Assembly: GCA_963663405.2 (NCBI GenBank)
Contig: CAXXSM010000086.1
Span: 1 to 39,251 of the forward strand
From: a bacterium
GTDB taxonomy: Bacteria > Hinthialibacterota > Hinthialibacteria > Hinthialibacterales > Hinthialibacteraceae
DNA: 39,251 nt
Reading direction: 5' to 3'
The notes under the pieces were generated by a model. The model saw nothing but the letters and a program-made list of their open reading frames with translations. It made no database searches and was not told the DNA's origin. Positions 1-9,900 of the stretch are shown piece after piece; position 1 is the stretch's first letter, and the number at the start of each line of letters is the position of its first letter. A program made the translations under genes and the position numbers.

Positions 1-1
1 G

Positions 2-511
2 CCTAGTGGAAAGCGGGATTATGCGATCCTCCTTTTACTTGTCACTTATGGCCTCCGTAGCCGGGAGATCGCCGCGTTGACTCTGGATGACATCAATTGG
101 AAGCATGAACGTCTTCGCATTCCAGAGCGAAAAGCTGGTCACTCAACCACCTATCCTTTATCCCCTATTGTCGGAAAGGCAATTCTTGATTATCTACAAC
201 AAGGACGTCATACCACTTTGGAACGCCGCGTCTTCCTCCGAGCTTGTGCTCCCTATACCCCCTTGAGTCGGGAAGGCGTTTCCACCCGAGCTTCTTACTA
301 TCTACGCAAAGCGGATATTCCCGTGGCGAAACCAGGATCGCATACGTTACGACACACTTGTGTGCAACGCCTATTGGACGCGCATTTCTCTCTGAAAACG
401 ATTGGCGATTATGTCGGTCATAGTTCTCCCACTTCGACAGAGATTTATACCAAGGTCTCCATCGAATCCCTGCGGGAGGTGGCCTTGGGGGATGGGGAGG
501 AAATGCAATGA
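2..511 (+). CDS. Tyrosine recombinase, first gene of RIT trio (5' end outside window)
   Basis: Frame is open from position 2 (KRDYAILLLLVTYGLRSRE); catalytic motifs HTLRH and VGHSS..STEIY; overlaps next gene by ATGA. Confidence 0.9.
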   Translation, partial: PSGKRDYAILLLLVTYGLRSREIAALTLDDINWKHERLRIPERKAGHSTTYPLSPIVGKAILDYLQQGRHTTLERRVFLRACAPYTPLSREGVSTRASYYLRKADIPVAKPGSHTLRHTCVQRLLDAHFSLKTIGDYVGHSSPTSTEIYTKVSIESLREVALGDGEEMQ

Positions 512-1488
512 ATTCACAATCGAAGGATTTCCAGAGTTCGCTAGCTGACGAGATTAAAAGTTTTTCATCGTACAAACGCGCTTTAGGAAGGCGATTTGAT
601 ACGGAAGAGAAGGCCCTTCGCCTTTTTGATCGCTATCTTGTTCAAGAACAGATCATGGATATATCAACGACTCCCGATTTACTCGAGGCGTTTTTGTGTT
701 CGCGTCCGCGTACGCAACCGCGGAGTTATAACCATCTCGTAGGAGTGGTTCGACGCCTTTTCCATTGGTTGGTTATCCAAGGTCGATTGGCCCGTTTACC
801 TACGCTTCCCCAATTCCGGAGGAGCACCTCTGAACGGATTCCGTTTATTTTTGATATCCACCAAGCGCAACAATTAATTGAAACAGCCTCGCATCTACCT
901 GATAATTCCCGCGCCCCTCATCGAGGCATGATCTATGCTATGATCTTCCGTATTCTTTATGGGCTTGGCCTGCGAGTCGGTGAGGTCACTCGGCTACAGC
1001 GTGGTGATGTAGATCTCTGTCGTCGACTCCTGATCATTCGGCAAACTAAGTTTTCCAAGACCCGTTTGGTTCCCTTCGGTCCCCGGATGACAGTCCAACT
1101 AGAAAAATACCTCCAGGATCGGGAATGCCAGCGAGGGAAATTTTCGTCGGATAGTCCTGTTTTCTCTTTTAGACGCAATGAACCGATTTCTCCAGGAACC
1201 ATAAGCCAGACTTTCCATCGTTTAGTTCCTCGACTCCATCTCCACGTTCCTGATAGCGTTATACCTCCTTGCGTTCACTGCCTTCGGCACTCGTTTGCCG
1301 TCAACACATTGCTCCGTTGGTATCGGTCAGGAGTGGATCCGTCTCAAAAACTTATCTTCCTGTCGACATTTCTGGGTCATGTCAATCCACAATCAACGGC
1401 AGTCTATCTAACGATTACTGCCGATCTGTTCCAAGAAGCCAACCAACGATTTCAACACTTCGCCCAATCTGTACTCACGGAGGTGTAA
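508..1488 (+). CDS. Tyrosine recombinase, second gene of RIT trio
   Basis: LYGLGLRVGE, KFSKTRLVP, HCLRHSFA, LSTFLGH...STAVYL, typical of RitB-type integrases. Confidence 0.9.
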   Translation: MNSQSKDFQSSLADEIKSFSSYKRALGRRFDTEEKALRLFDRYLVQEQIMDISTTPDLLEAFLCSRPRTQPRSYNHLVGVVRRLFHWLVIQGRLARLPTLPQFRRSTSERIPFIFDIHQAQQLIETASHLPDNSRAPHRGMIYAMIFRILYGLGLRVGEVTRLQRGDVDLCRRLLIIRQTKFSKTRLVPFGPRMTVQLEKYLQDRECQRGKFSSDSPVFSFRRNEPISPGTISQTFHRLVPRLHLHVPDSVIPPCVHCLRHSFAVNTLLRWYRSGVDPSQKLIFLSTFLGHVNPQSTAVYLTITADLFQEANQRFQHFAQSVLTEV

Positions 1489-1490
1489 CT

Positions 1491-2507
1491 ATGACAGGGA
1501 AAACGGTAGGTCCCATACTAATTTCATTTTTCGAGGATTACTTGAAAGTACAGAAAGGATATCGTCATTCTTCAGTGAAGAGCTATCGGGACGTCTTGCG
1601 ACTTTTCCTTCTTTTCGTAGCCCAGGAGTCTCATTGTAAAATCACCCGGCTTGCGTTATCCGACCTCACGTTTCAGCGAGTGCTCCAATTTCTGAAATCG
1701 CTTGAAGAAAACCGACATAATCATATTCGCACCCGCAATCAACGATTGGCCGTGCTGCGTACCTTTTTCAATTATCTGGCATCGCGTGAGCCGGAAATGC
1801 TGGCGGAAGCCGAGCGGGTGGAGGCTATTCCTAGAAAACGGGTGCCTCCTCCGGAAACCTTCTTTCTGGAACGAGACGAGATCCGTCTCCTCTTTGCCGC
1901 CTTGCCCTTTCAGGGGAAGTGGGCCCTTCGGAACAGGACTCTCTTATTATTTCTCTATAACACTGGCGCTCGAGTGCAAGAGGTCTCCGATGTGAGAATC
2001 GGAAACCTGGAACTTGGCGATTCCCCTCGAGTCCACCTTCATGGCAAAGGTGATAAATGGAGAGTCTGTCCTCTTTGGAAGGAAACGGCGGCTTTACTCC
2101 AGAATCTTTTGTCAACGGAATTAACAAAACATCAACCGGAACAACCGGTTTTCATTTCTTCTCGCGGTCGGCCGCTCACTCGTTTCGGCATCTACAAAAT
2201 TGTACGCCGTTGTACACGACATATCGAAAAAAAACGCACCGATTCAACACCGTTGTCCATTTCGCCCCATCTATTTCGCCATACAACCGCCGTTCATCTT
2301 CTGGAGGCAGGTGTAGAAATCAATGTAATCCGGGCTTGGCTTGGACATGTCAGCCTGGATACGACCAACCGATATGCCGAGATTAATATTCGAATGAAGG
2401 AGAAGGCTTTGCAAGCTTGTGAACCGCCTATTGGTTCGGAGGGATTCCCCCAAAAACCAGTTTGGCGGGATGATCTTTCTCTTCTCCAGTGGCTCGAGTC
2501 TTTGTAA
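1491..2507 (+). CDS. Tyrosine recombinase, third gene of RIT trio
   Basis: ATG at 1491 with GGAGG upstream (ORF track start 1269 is over-extended); LYNTGARVQE, HGKGDKWR, PHLFRHT, WLGHVSLDTTNRY. Confidence 0.9.
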   Translation: MTGKTVGPILISFFEDYLKVQKGYRHSSVKSYRDVLRLFLLFVAQESHCKITRLALSDLTFQRVLQFLKSLEENRHNHIRTRNQRLAVLRTFFNYLASREPEMLAEAERVEAIPRKRVPPPETFFLERDEIRLLFAALPFQGKWALRNRTLLLFLYNTGARVQEVSDVRIGNLELGDSPRVHLHGKGDKWRVCPLWKETAALLQNLLSTELTKHQPEQPVFISSRGRPLTRFGIYKIVRRCTRHIEKKRTDSTPLSISPHLFRHTTAVHLLEAGVEINVIRAWLGHVSLDTTNRYAEINIRMKEKALQACEPPIGSEGFPQKPVWRDDLSLLQWLESL

Positions 2508-2575
2508 GCGTTATGTTCCCAAACTTACGCGGCCCCCCTTGAAATTCCGAAACGATTCCACTTAATGCCACATAT

Positions 2576-3196
2576 TCAGATGGGGCACGTAACTATGAAT
2601 ATGTTCCGCGGAACATATTCATAGATACAGCGTGCGGGACTTCCATTGAAATACGAAAAGGCTCGGACGTGCCCATCTAAAAACGACACTTGATCGCAAC
2701 GCTCGTAGAGCCAAGTGAAATCCCATCCGGCGTACATCAAGCGCATGACAAACTTCCAGACTTTCTTGCACGCCCCGTTGACCTCCACCGTCACTTCGAA
2801 AAAATCAACTTGGGCTTCATCCCCAGGACGATGAACGAGAGGGATAAACACTTCCGCCGCCGCGCGTTTCTTCTCGGCTAGATACGCTCGGACTGTGGTC
2901 AGCCCGACATCGTAGCCTTCTTCCCGCAATACTTGATGCACTTTCGCGCCGGTCACTCGTTGTTTGGGGGTGGTTTTAGTCTTCCACTCCTCTAACAACT
3001 CCTCGATCCGCGGCGCCACTTTCTCCAACACCGGTTTGGGACGAGAATTCTTTTCCACCCGAATCGGTTCCGAGTTCTCCAAATATTTCTTCACCGTATT
3101 CCGGCTGATCCCCAATTCTTCAGCGACACTCCGCTGACTCTTCTTCTCCTGCAATACTTTGTGACGTATCAGCACAACATGATCCATCCTCAGCAT
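2576..3196 (-). pseudogene. istA: IS21-family transposase IstA, N-terminal part, interrupted
   Basis: N-terminal HTH (SQRSVAEELGISRNTVKKYL), PGDEAQVDF; breaks at RCIY where the conserved YDN would follow. Confidence 0.85.
2593..2624. repeat. Perfect 32-bp palindrome at RIT/istA junction
   Basis: CTATGAATATGTTCCGCGGAACATATTCATAG equals its own reverse complement. Confidence 0.95.
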
Positions 3197-3247
3197 CCTT
3201 TCCTCCAGATGTCCATATCAGGACCCTGGAATTGTGTCTGAGGGTGG

Positions 3248-3304
3248 CTCAATTTCTAAGCGATGGTTTTCACTTTTTGGCTCACTTTCCGAGCGGTGCG
3301 TCCA
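3248..3304 (-). mobile_element. IS21 left end
   Basis: Minus strand begins TG (TGGACGCACCG) at 3304 with internal repeats AAAGTGAGCCA and AAATTGAGCCA; resolvase sequence resumes at 3305. Confidence 0.75.
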
Positions 3305-3703
3305 GTTGTCGTTGTCTGGAAACTCGATCGGCTTTCACGGTCACTCAAAGACCTCCTTGTTATTATGGAGCAAATCCACAAATCGGGAGCCGGATTTAAG
3401 TCTCTAACCGAATCGATTGACACCATAACACCAGCTGGTCGGATGATGATGCAAATGGTGGGTTCCTTTGCAAAATTTGAGCGGGAAATGATCCGTGAAC
3501 GGACAAAAGCAGGGCTTGAAGCCGCTCGCAAAGAAGGGCGCATTGGTGGACGAAAACCAAAACTTCGCCCGGATCAGCGGAAAGATGTTGCGGAAAATGT
3601 TCTAACTGGGAGGAAGTCCGGAGCGCAAATGGCGCGGCTTTATGATGTCAGCGAGGCCACAATTTCACGTATTGTGGCTCAATACAGGCAAAATAGGGAC
3701 TGA
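3305..3703 (+). pseudogene. Serine resolvase, C-terminal part, interrupted by IS21
   Basis: VVVWKLDRLSRS...FEREMIRERT...C-terminal HTH; closely similar to intact copy 19659-20228. Confidence 0.9.
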
Positions 3704-3765
3704 AAGATGGTTTGGAGTTGGATCAAAAAAAGTGGCGGATTTGGTACCTTTGAGGGATTTGACCC

Positions 3766-3937
3766 TACAATGACAACGGAAGGTTATGTAGTGACATCCG
3801 AATTACTCCGTAGGTTGAGCCCATGTATGACCAGACACCTCCGCCGTTTTGGCCAATACACTTTGGATATGGAGGCTCGACCCGATCCATTGGTTTTAAA
3901 TCCATTACAGTTCACCAACAACGAAAAGCTGAAGTGA
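3766..3937 (+). pseudogene. tnpA: Tn3-family transposase, extreme C-terminal remnant
   Basis: EGYVVTSELLRRLSPCMTRHLRRFGQYTLD resembles the Tn3 TnpA terminal LSP..T.H..RFG.Y motif; followed by a GGGG-type end. Confidence 0.7.
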
Positions 3938-3968
3938 CTACTTATTACACGTATTCCGAACATACCCC
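3929..3968 (-). mobile_element. Tn3-family terminal inverted repeat
   Basis: Minus strand GGGGTATGTTCGGAATACGTGTAATAAGTAGTCACTTCAG overlapping the tnpA stop. Confidence 0.6.
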
Positions 3969-4027
3969 TATTAGCGTATACCTCATGTATTTTCGTGGGA
4001 TTCTTTTCCTTGGCCCATTTTTTATTG

Positions 4028-4774
4028 TTACGGTTCGATTCTAAAAGTGAACGTCGCTCCTTTTAGGGAGGCGTTGAGCCAACGGCCGTTGTTTCTGTTT
4101 TGTTTATTTCCTACCGATTCGGAGACGAGGACGATTTCAACGTCTTGATCGGCGTAATCTGATAAGACCGCGTTGTAGGAGAATTTTTGGAATACTGTAT
4201 CGTTGATTTTTCTGACTACTCGTTTAAACCGGTCTTCGGATTGTGTTGGATGTTGAATCTGACGAACGATTTCCCATGGTAAATCCTTGTTCAACGAATT
4301 TTCTTTGCGTACTTCAATGTAGAAATCCGTCGTTTGTTCTTCTTCGGGATCGTCCAAAAAGATATCGTAATCCACTTCCAACTGGATGTGTTTTAACTTG
4401 GGTAATTTCATCCGATAATGGCCGCGTACCGCTTTGATTCCACTTGTTCCTGTGGATAACCTGATATCAATCGTAGTATCCTTAACATAGTTATCGCGCA
4501 ACGCATCACTCAACCGTCCAGGATTCATGATTGGGAATTTCGCTGTGTCTATGATGTCTAGGCTTCCTTCTTTAATATCATTGAAGACTGCGGCTCCTGT
4601 TGATTCTTTACTTCCAAATTCGATTACATTAAGATTCTCGTCCTTCCATGACGCGTCATTGGCTTCATTTACGAAGTCTTTAATCAGAATAATATCATGC
4701 TCGATCGCCTCTTGACCGTGCATATTCTTAAGGGGCATGAAGCAGAGTATGATAAATAGCGCTCGATATTTCAT
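4028..4774 (-). CDS. Hypothetical secreted protein
   Basis: AAGGAG RBS, signal-peptide-like N-terminus, 248 aa beta-rich sequence. Confidence 0.75.
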   Translation of the reverse strand: MKYRALFIILCFMPLKNMHGQEAIEHDIILIKDFVNEANDASWKDENLNVIEFGSKESTGAAVFNDIKEGSLDIIDTAKFPIMNPGRLSDALRDNYVKDTTIDIRLSTGTSGIKAVRGHYRMKLPKLKHIQLEVDYDIFLDDPEEEQTTDFYIEVRKENSLNKDLPWEIVRQIQHPTQSEDRFKRVVRKINDTVFQKFSYNAVLSDYADQDVEIVLVSESVGNKQNRNNGRWLNASLKGATFTFRIEP

Positions 4775-4836
4775 GGTGCGATCTCCTTATTTTTTATAGT
4801 ATTGCTGTGCTTAGTTCGCAACAGGCGTTTCCGTTG

Positions 4837-7034
4837 TTATTGGAGCGATTCGCTTTCATACCGGACAGTTCCAGTATTATTAATTGGTCCATAGACGCTC
4901 ATATTTCCAGGTCCATGATCTTCTCGTATGGCATATACACTAAACAAGTACTCGTTCTCAAACTGGGGGCCTTCCATGAACATCGAATCGATGCGTTGTT
5001 GGTTTTGCGTCCAATTCAGATAGTTGATAGAATTATTCAATGGACGGCCTAAATACTGCCAAGCTCCAGAATTTTCTGACACGTAAACGTGGTAATCTCT
5101 GATGTCAGATTCTGGATAATTCCATCGGACAACCAATGATCGGTTATTCTCTTCATCATAATCTGTTTGGCCGCTTATATCCTCAAATGTCAGTATCTCG
5201 TCTGTAACGATTACTGTGTTGGGTGTTATGGGCGCTGGTGTAGGTATGGATTGTCCTTCGGCGACATATTGGACTTCTCCTTTTGTTTTTACTGGGCCGT
5301 AGTGATGGGGTACACCACTTTGTGTGATGACGTAAACTGCGAATGAGTAGCGATGGCCGTATTCCGGGCCATCTAGATATTGTGGTTTCAGCGTAGCGGT
5401 GGTTCCCTCTCTCCATTCCAGGTAATGATCTGATGGATTACCCGTTCGTCCTAAATAAGTGTATTGTCCACCGTCGATTGAAATATATACATGAGTATCT
5501 TGGATATCTTCATAGGATAAATTCCAACGGATTACCAAACATCGTGCAGATTCAACATCCTCATCAATACTACAGCTAAGGTCATCAGAACTCGTCATAT
5601 CATCGGTTACAATAACTGTGTTCAATGAGATCGCTGGAGTTAGACTTGGTGTTGGTGTAAGCGGCGATGGAGAATTCGTTGGAGTTTGTGTTGGTTGAAT
5701 GGTTGGGATACTTGTTGGCGTTATTGGTTGTTGCTCAATAATTTTTTGGAAATCCCAGATTTTGACGACTGTGTCTTCCTGGAGTCCAGCGATCCATTGA
5801 TTGTCAGCGGAAAAATCAAACTTTTTGTATGCTGTTTCTGGATTTATTTCGGCGAGTTTATTTCCTGTCGCTGTATCGAAAATATATCCATCTATAATCA
5901 AATATTTCTTGTCATCCGTAATCGCAATCGCGTTAGTATCTTCTAGGTTTAGTTCATCATTTAATAATAGTGGTTCACCATTATTAAAACGATAGATTTC
6001 TGCAGTCTTGGTTACATATAGTATTGAATTGTCATCTAGGTAGGATACAAACTTAATGGGTTGATCAATCTGGAGAATAGTTTCACCTTCCAAAGTATTT
6101 AAATCCCAGGATATCAGTTTGCCATCGTCACCGCAGCTGACCAAGGAATTGGAATCCAAATCAAAATCAAACGCATGGATAAAATCCTGATGCCCCTCGA
6201 ACACATGTTTCGTCCAATCGTTCCGACTGTCGTATAATAGTATGTTCTGATTTTGCGCTAAGGCGAGAAAGTAATTATTCGGTGAAAAGGCAATGGGATT
6301 GAAACTCGCATACAAATGTATTTCATCTTTCATTAGTACTTTCTTTTTACTTACATCCCATACTTGAACTTCACTGCTACTGGTCACGGAGGCGAATAAC
6401 GAATCATCATCTGAGAACGCGCTAGGCTCTTTAAATTCGTATTCAAATTCTTCCGTTGTATTATTTATTTTTTCCTGTGATATAACATCAAGATGTTTAA
6501 GAGGATTTTCCAGTATAATGTGATTGGATAACTTGTTTTTAAAAGTCAATAGGTTGTTTTCATAAAATGGCAATAGTTTTCTATCAATTTCTTCTGTCCA
6601 GATAAATTCATTTAGAATAGAAGATGTACGTTTTCCATTATATAATATTGAATGCCTTTCTTTAGATACTGGTGTCCCAAACTGTGAATAGAAACTTTTA
6701 TCTATTAACTCAGGATTTTTTACTAAATTATTTCTTTCATGTCTCGATACATTATACATAAAAATGAATCCAAAGATCCCACACGTAAATATGTTGTCGT
6801 CGTCAAGTATAATATATTTAAATCTATAAAATGGGTTCGAAATATCCGTCCATATTGTATTTGATGTGTACTGATTAAGGTCGATAATATTAACACTTGC
6901 CCATAGATTCTCCTCTTGATAATATGAATGGTATAATGTATATAGACAACTGGGTGAAACACCAAATATCTCTATCCCTTCAGGTAACTCCATATCTATA
7001 GGTGATAATTTTGTTATAGTTTTCTTTGTTATAA
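4837..7034 (-). pseudogene. WD40-repeat secreted protein, 3' part (split by IS1634)
   Basis: WD40 motifs (FEGHQDFIHAFDF...VSCGDDGKLISWD), PT linker, two tandem C-terminal domains; rejoins 9298-9883 in frame once the IS is removed. Confidence 0.85.
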
Positions 7035-7111
7035 CCTACATTCCGCACATTGAGGATCTCTAATTTTCGAATTTATGCGTAGTAAAGTCAGCGGGTTAAG
7101 TACTGTTAAAT

Positions 7112-7489
7112 TTACCCATAGTCGATCGTTTTAATCTCAAGGATGCGTGTGAGCATCTCAAGTTCTTGTTTGTGAAGGTCCCTCAAGAGTTTTAGGGCGT
7201 TTTTATGTGCCTTGTATTGCTCTGAAGCTTCTTTTACCCATTCTCGATCAGCGACGCGAACAATCTTGGTTTTCAGTTTTCCATCAACCCAGCGTGAGAG
7301 TCGTGTAGCGGGGTGACCACCTTGTTTATGGCAGTGGCAGGTTGGTTTGCCACAGCGAATAAGAATCTCTGCGTAGGTTCCCGCGACGAGTTTTTCATCG
7401 AGAGAGAAAAGACTCAGCACGCGATTTCGCTCGGTCTGAATCTGGTTCAATTGGTTGATAATTGTTTTCAGTTTTTTTGAAAGAGGCAT
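7112..7489 (-). CDS. IS-associated small Cys/His protein (DUF6788-like), inside the IS
   Basis: RCGKPTCHCHKQGGHP motif; probable start MPLSKK at 7489; divergent from transposase. Confidence 0.75.
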   Translation of the reverse strand: MPLSKKLKTIINQLNQIQTERNRVLSLFSLDEKLVAGTYAEILIRCGKPTCHCHKQGGHPATRLSRWVDGKLKTKIVRVADREWVKEASEQYKAHKNALKLLRDLHKQELEMLTRILEIKTIDYG

Positions 7490-7552
7490 TTTTTTGACTT
7501 GTCTTATCCTATAAATAAGTGTATAATAGCATAAGATGACGGGGGAGACAAG

Positions 7553-9232
7553 ATGCATGTTCAACAAGGTTTAAAAAAGGATTCCTCTCTTAAGAAATTC
7601 GTGATTGGCGCGCATCCGATCATCGAACATTTTCTGGAACTCCTGACCGTGCGTGGGATTGTGGGCGCCTATATGAGGCCGGATAAGCGCATGAAACTCG
7701 ACGATGACCAAGCGCTGGCGCTTTTGATCCACAACATTTTGACCACTCCCCATCCGTTGTACGAGATCCAGGACTGGCTCAAACCGTTGGATGCGGAACA
7801 AGTGGGTCTTCTCCCCGAAGAGATAAAATATGTCCAGGACGACCGTATTGGCCGAGCGCTCGTCCGCTTCTATAACTCCCGGCATAAGGAAGTCTTTTTT
7901 CGTCTGGCCTTGCGGGCCATCAAACTGTTTGCGCTGGATTGTTCGCAGATTCATCAAGATACCACCACAGTAACCTTTGCGGGGAAATATCCGGGCTGGA
8001 GCGCCAAGGAGTTACTCACCAACGGAATCAACAAGGACCACCGGCCCGATCTGAAGCAGTTGGTGCTGGGATTAACCGTGACAGCCGATGGGTCTGTGCC
8101 CATCTTGCACCACATTTATGACGGGAATCAGACGGACGATCACCTTCATCCCACGAATCACAAACGGCTCCAGAAACTCTTGCAGCGAGTCGATTTCATC
8201 TATGTGGCCGATTGCAAACTCGCCACCGAGGAAAATCTGCAAAAACTCTCGGCTTGGGGGGGACTCTTTGTCACGGTGATGCCCAGAACCTGGAAGGAAG
8301 ACGGACAATTTCGAGAAAAAGTCAGACGCGGGAAAATCAAGTGGAAGTTCATCCTGTCGCGTAAAAATAATCGCAAGCCCCATTCAAAGGTCGACCGCTA
8401 TTATGTCGCCGAGGGGAAATACAAAACCTCTCGTGGCTATCGATTGCATTGGATCCGTAGTACGCAAAAAGCCGAGCAAGATCTCGAGACAAGGAGACGG
8501 CGCCTCGAACAAGCGCTTGCAGAACTCCGAGCGCTTCAACCGAAACTCAATCGGTATACCCTCAAACGACGCCAACAAATCAATCAGCGAATTCAGGAAA
8601 TCCTGAAGAAGCGACACTGCCAAACTCTTATCCAATACGAAATTCACGCGGCGCGAGAATACCGGCGCCTCTATCCCAAAAAAGGGCGTCCCACTCCAGG
8701 GACGGCCCCGCAGATCACTTGGAAACTGATTTTCTCAATCTCATTCGGGATCAACAAGGACGCCGTAAGCAAAGCGGAAAAGACCGACGGCGTTTTTCCC
8801 CTGATCACCAATCTCGACGAAAGCACATACCGCCCCAAAAAAATCCTTGAAATCTACAAGTTTCAGCCGTTCCTCGAAAAACGTAATTCCCAGATCAAAG
8901 CCTATCAGGAAATTGCCCCGGTGTACCTGAAAAACGGGAAGAGAGTTGTGGCTTTTCTGCACATCCACGTCATGGCCTTAATGGTCGCAACGCTTATTGA
9001 GCGAAAACTTCGGCTTGCTATGCAAAGCCAAGGAATCAGTTCTCTTCCCATTTATCCAGAGAACCGGCCATGCAAGACGCCCACGATGTTTGACATCGTC
9101 CGATTCTTTACCGGCGTCGAACGGTATGAAGTCTACGATGGTGACAAGATTACTATTTTTCCTGCTGAACTCACTAAAGCACAGAAAAAAATTCTCACAC
9201 TCTTGGAGGTGTCACTGGCCCATTACCAATAG
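7553..9232 (+). CDS. IS1634-family DDE transposase
   Basis: HQDTTT, G.NKDHRPDLKQLV, DGNQTD, VADCKL, YKFQPFLEKR motifs. Confidence 0.9.
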   Translation: MHVQQGLKKDSSLKKFVIGAHPIIEHFLELLTVRGIVGAYMRPDKRMKLDDDQALALLIHNILTTPHPLYEIQDWLKPLDAEQVGLLPEEIKYVQDDRIGRALVRFYNSRHKEVFFRLALRAIKLFALDCSQIHQDTTTVTFAGKYPGWSAKELLTNGINKDHRPDLKQLVLGLTVTADGSVPILHHIYDGNQTDDHLHPTNHKRLQKLLQRVDFIYVADCKLATEENLQKLSAWGGLFVTVMPRTWKEDGQFREKVRRGKIKWKFILSRKNNRKPHSKVDRYYVAEGKYKTSRGYRLHWIRSTQKAEQDLETRRRRLEQALAELRALQPKLNRYTLKRRQQINQRIQEILKKRHCQTLIQYEIHAAREYRRLYPKKGRPTPGTAPQITWKLIFSISFGINKDAVSKAEKTDGVFPLITNLDESTYRPKKILEIYKFQPFLEKRNSQIKAYQEIAPVYLKNGKRVVAFLHIHVMALMVATLIERKLRLAMQSQGISSLPIYPENRPCKTPTMFDIVRFFTGVERYEVYDGDKITIFPAELTKAQKKILTLLEVSLAHYQ

Positions 9233-9297
9233 ATTATGTCTATAATAACCACTTAAATAAATCTCAAATTACCTACCCGAGATGTGCGGAATGTGGG

Positions 9298-9883
9298 TTA
9301 TAAGATTATGCATATAGAGATATTGATCGTTGGTGGATAACCAAATATCGTTGGTATTTTCTAAAAATCCAAACGCAAATAGAGTTTTATTATCTGGAGT
9401 AAATACAATTTCATTTGTTCCATCATATATATTCATCCTTTTTAAATGCGGTAAATTTAAATAGTAAAAGTATTCATCGGAAGGATCAAATGAAACAGTG
9501 TTATCATAATTGATAATACAGGTTGACGCATACGAACTTTCAATATGAAATTCTATCGTATCATCTATAGTAGCGATTATTTCTAATGAATTGGCATCAA
9601 GAATAAAGTTTTCTTGTTTTGATAGATTTGAAGCAAATATATAGTTATCTTTTGGGGACCAATCCAAGTATTTCAAGCCATTATCAAAAAGCCGATACAA
9701 CAATAGTTTCATGGATTCCGTATCAAAAATAAATATGCCTAAATCCGTGGCAATAGCAATTTTAGATGTATCATGAGAGTGCTCCGCGTCATACATATCT
9801 TTATAGCCTATTATCAATTCACTATCATCCGAAAAAGATATTGATGTAAAAAACAAAAAGATGAAAAGAATTCTATAGAGCAT
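9298..9883 (-). pseudogene. WD40-repeat secreted protein, 5' part
   Basis: AAGGAG RBS then MLYRILFIFLFF signal peptide; truncated at the IS target duplication. Confidence 0.85.
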
Positions 9884-9900
9884 TGTTAATCTCCTTATAA

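Larger units (their letters stand above)
1..2620 (+). mobile_element. RIT (Recombinase In Trio) element, right end inserted in IS21 istA
   Basis: Three adjacent tyrosine recombinases; terminal palindrome at 2593-2624 coincides with the istA truncation. Exact boundary is approximate. Confidence 0.8.
7035..9297 (+). mobile_element. IS1634-family element, 2263 bp, 6-bp target duplication
   Basis: IRs CCTACATTCCGCACAT / ATGTGCGGAATGTGGG; TTATAA at 7029-7034 and 9298-9303. Confidence 0.9.

Noticed and set aside
6090-9465. TATA-like strings in cargo (about 6097 and 9456)
   Set aside because: Inside AT-rich coding DNA with no appropriately placed start; chance matches, which also show that background is not zero.
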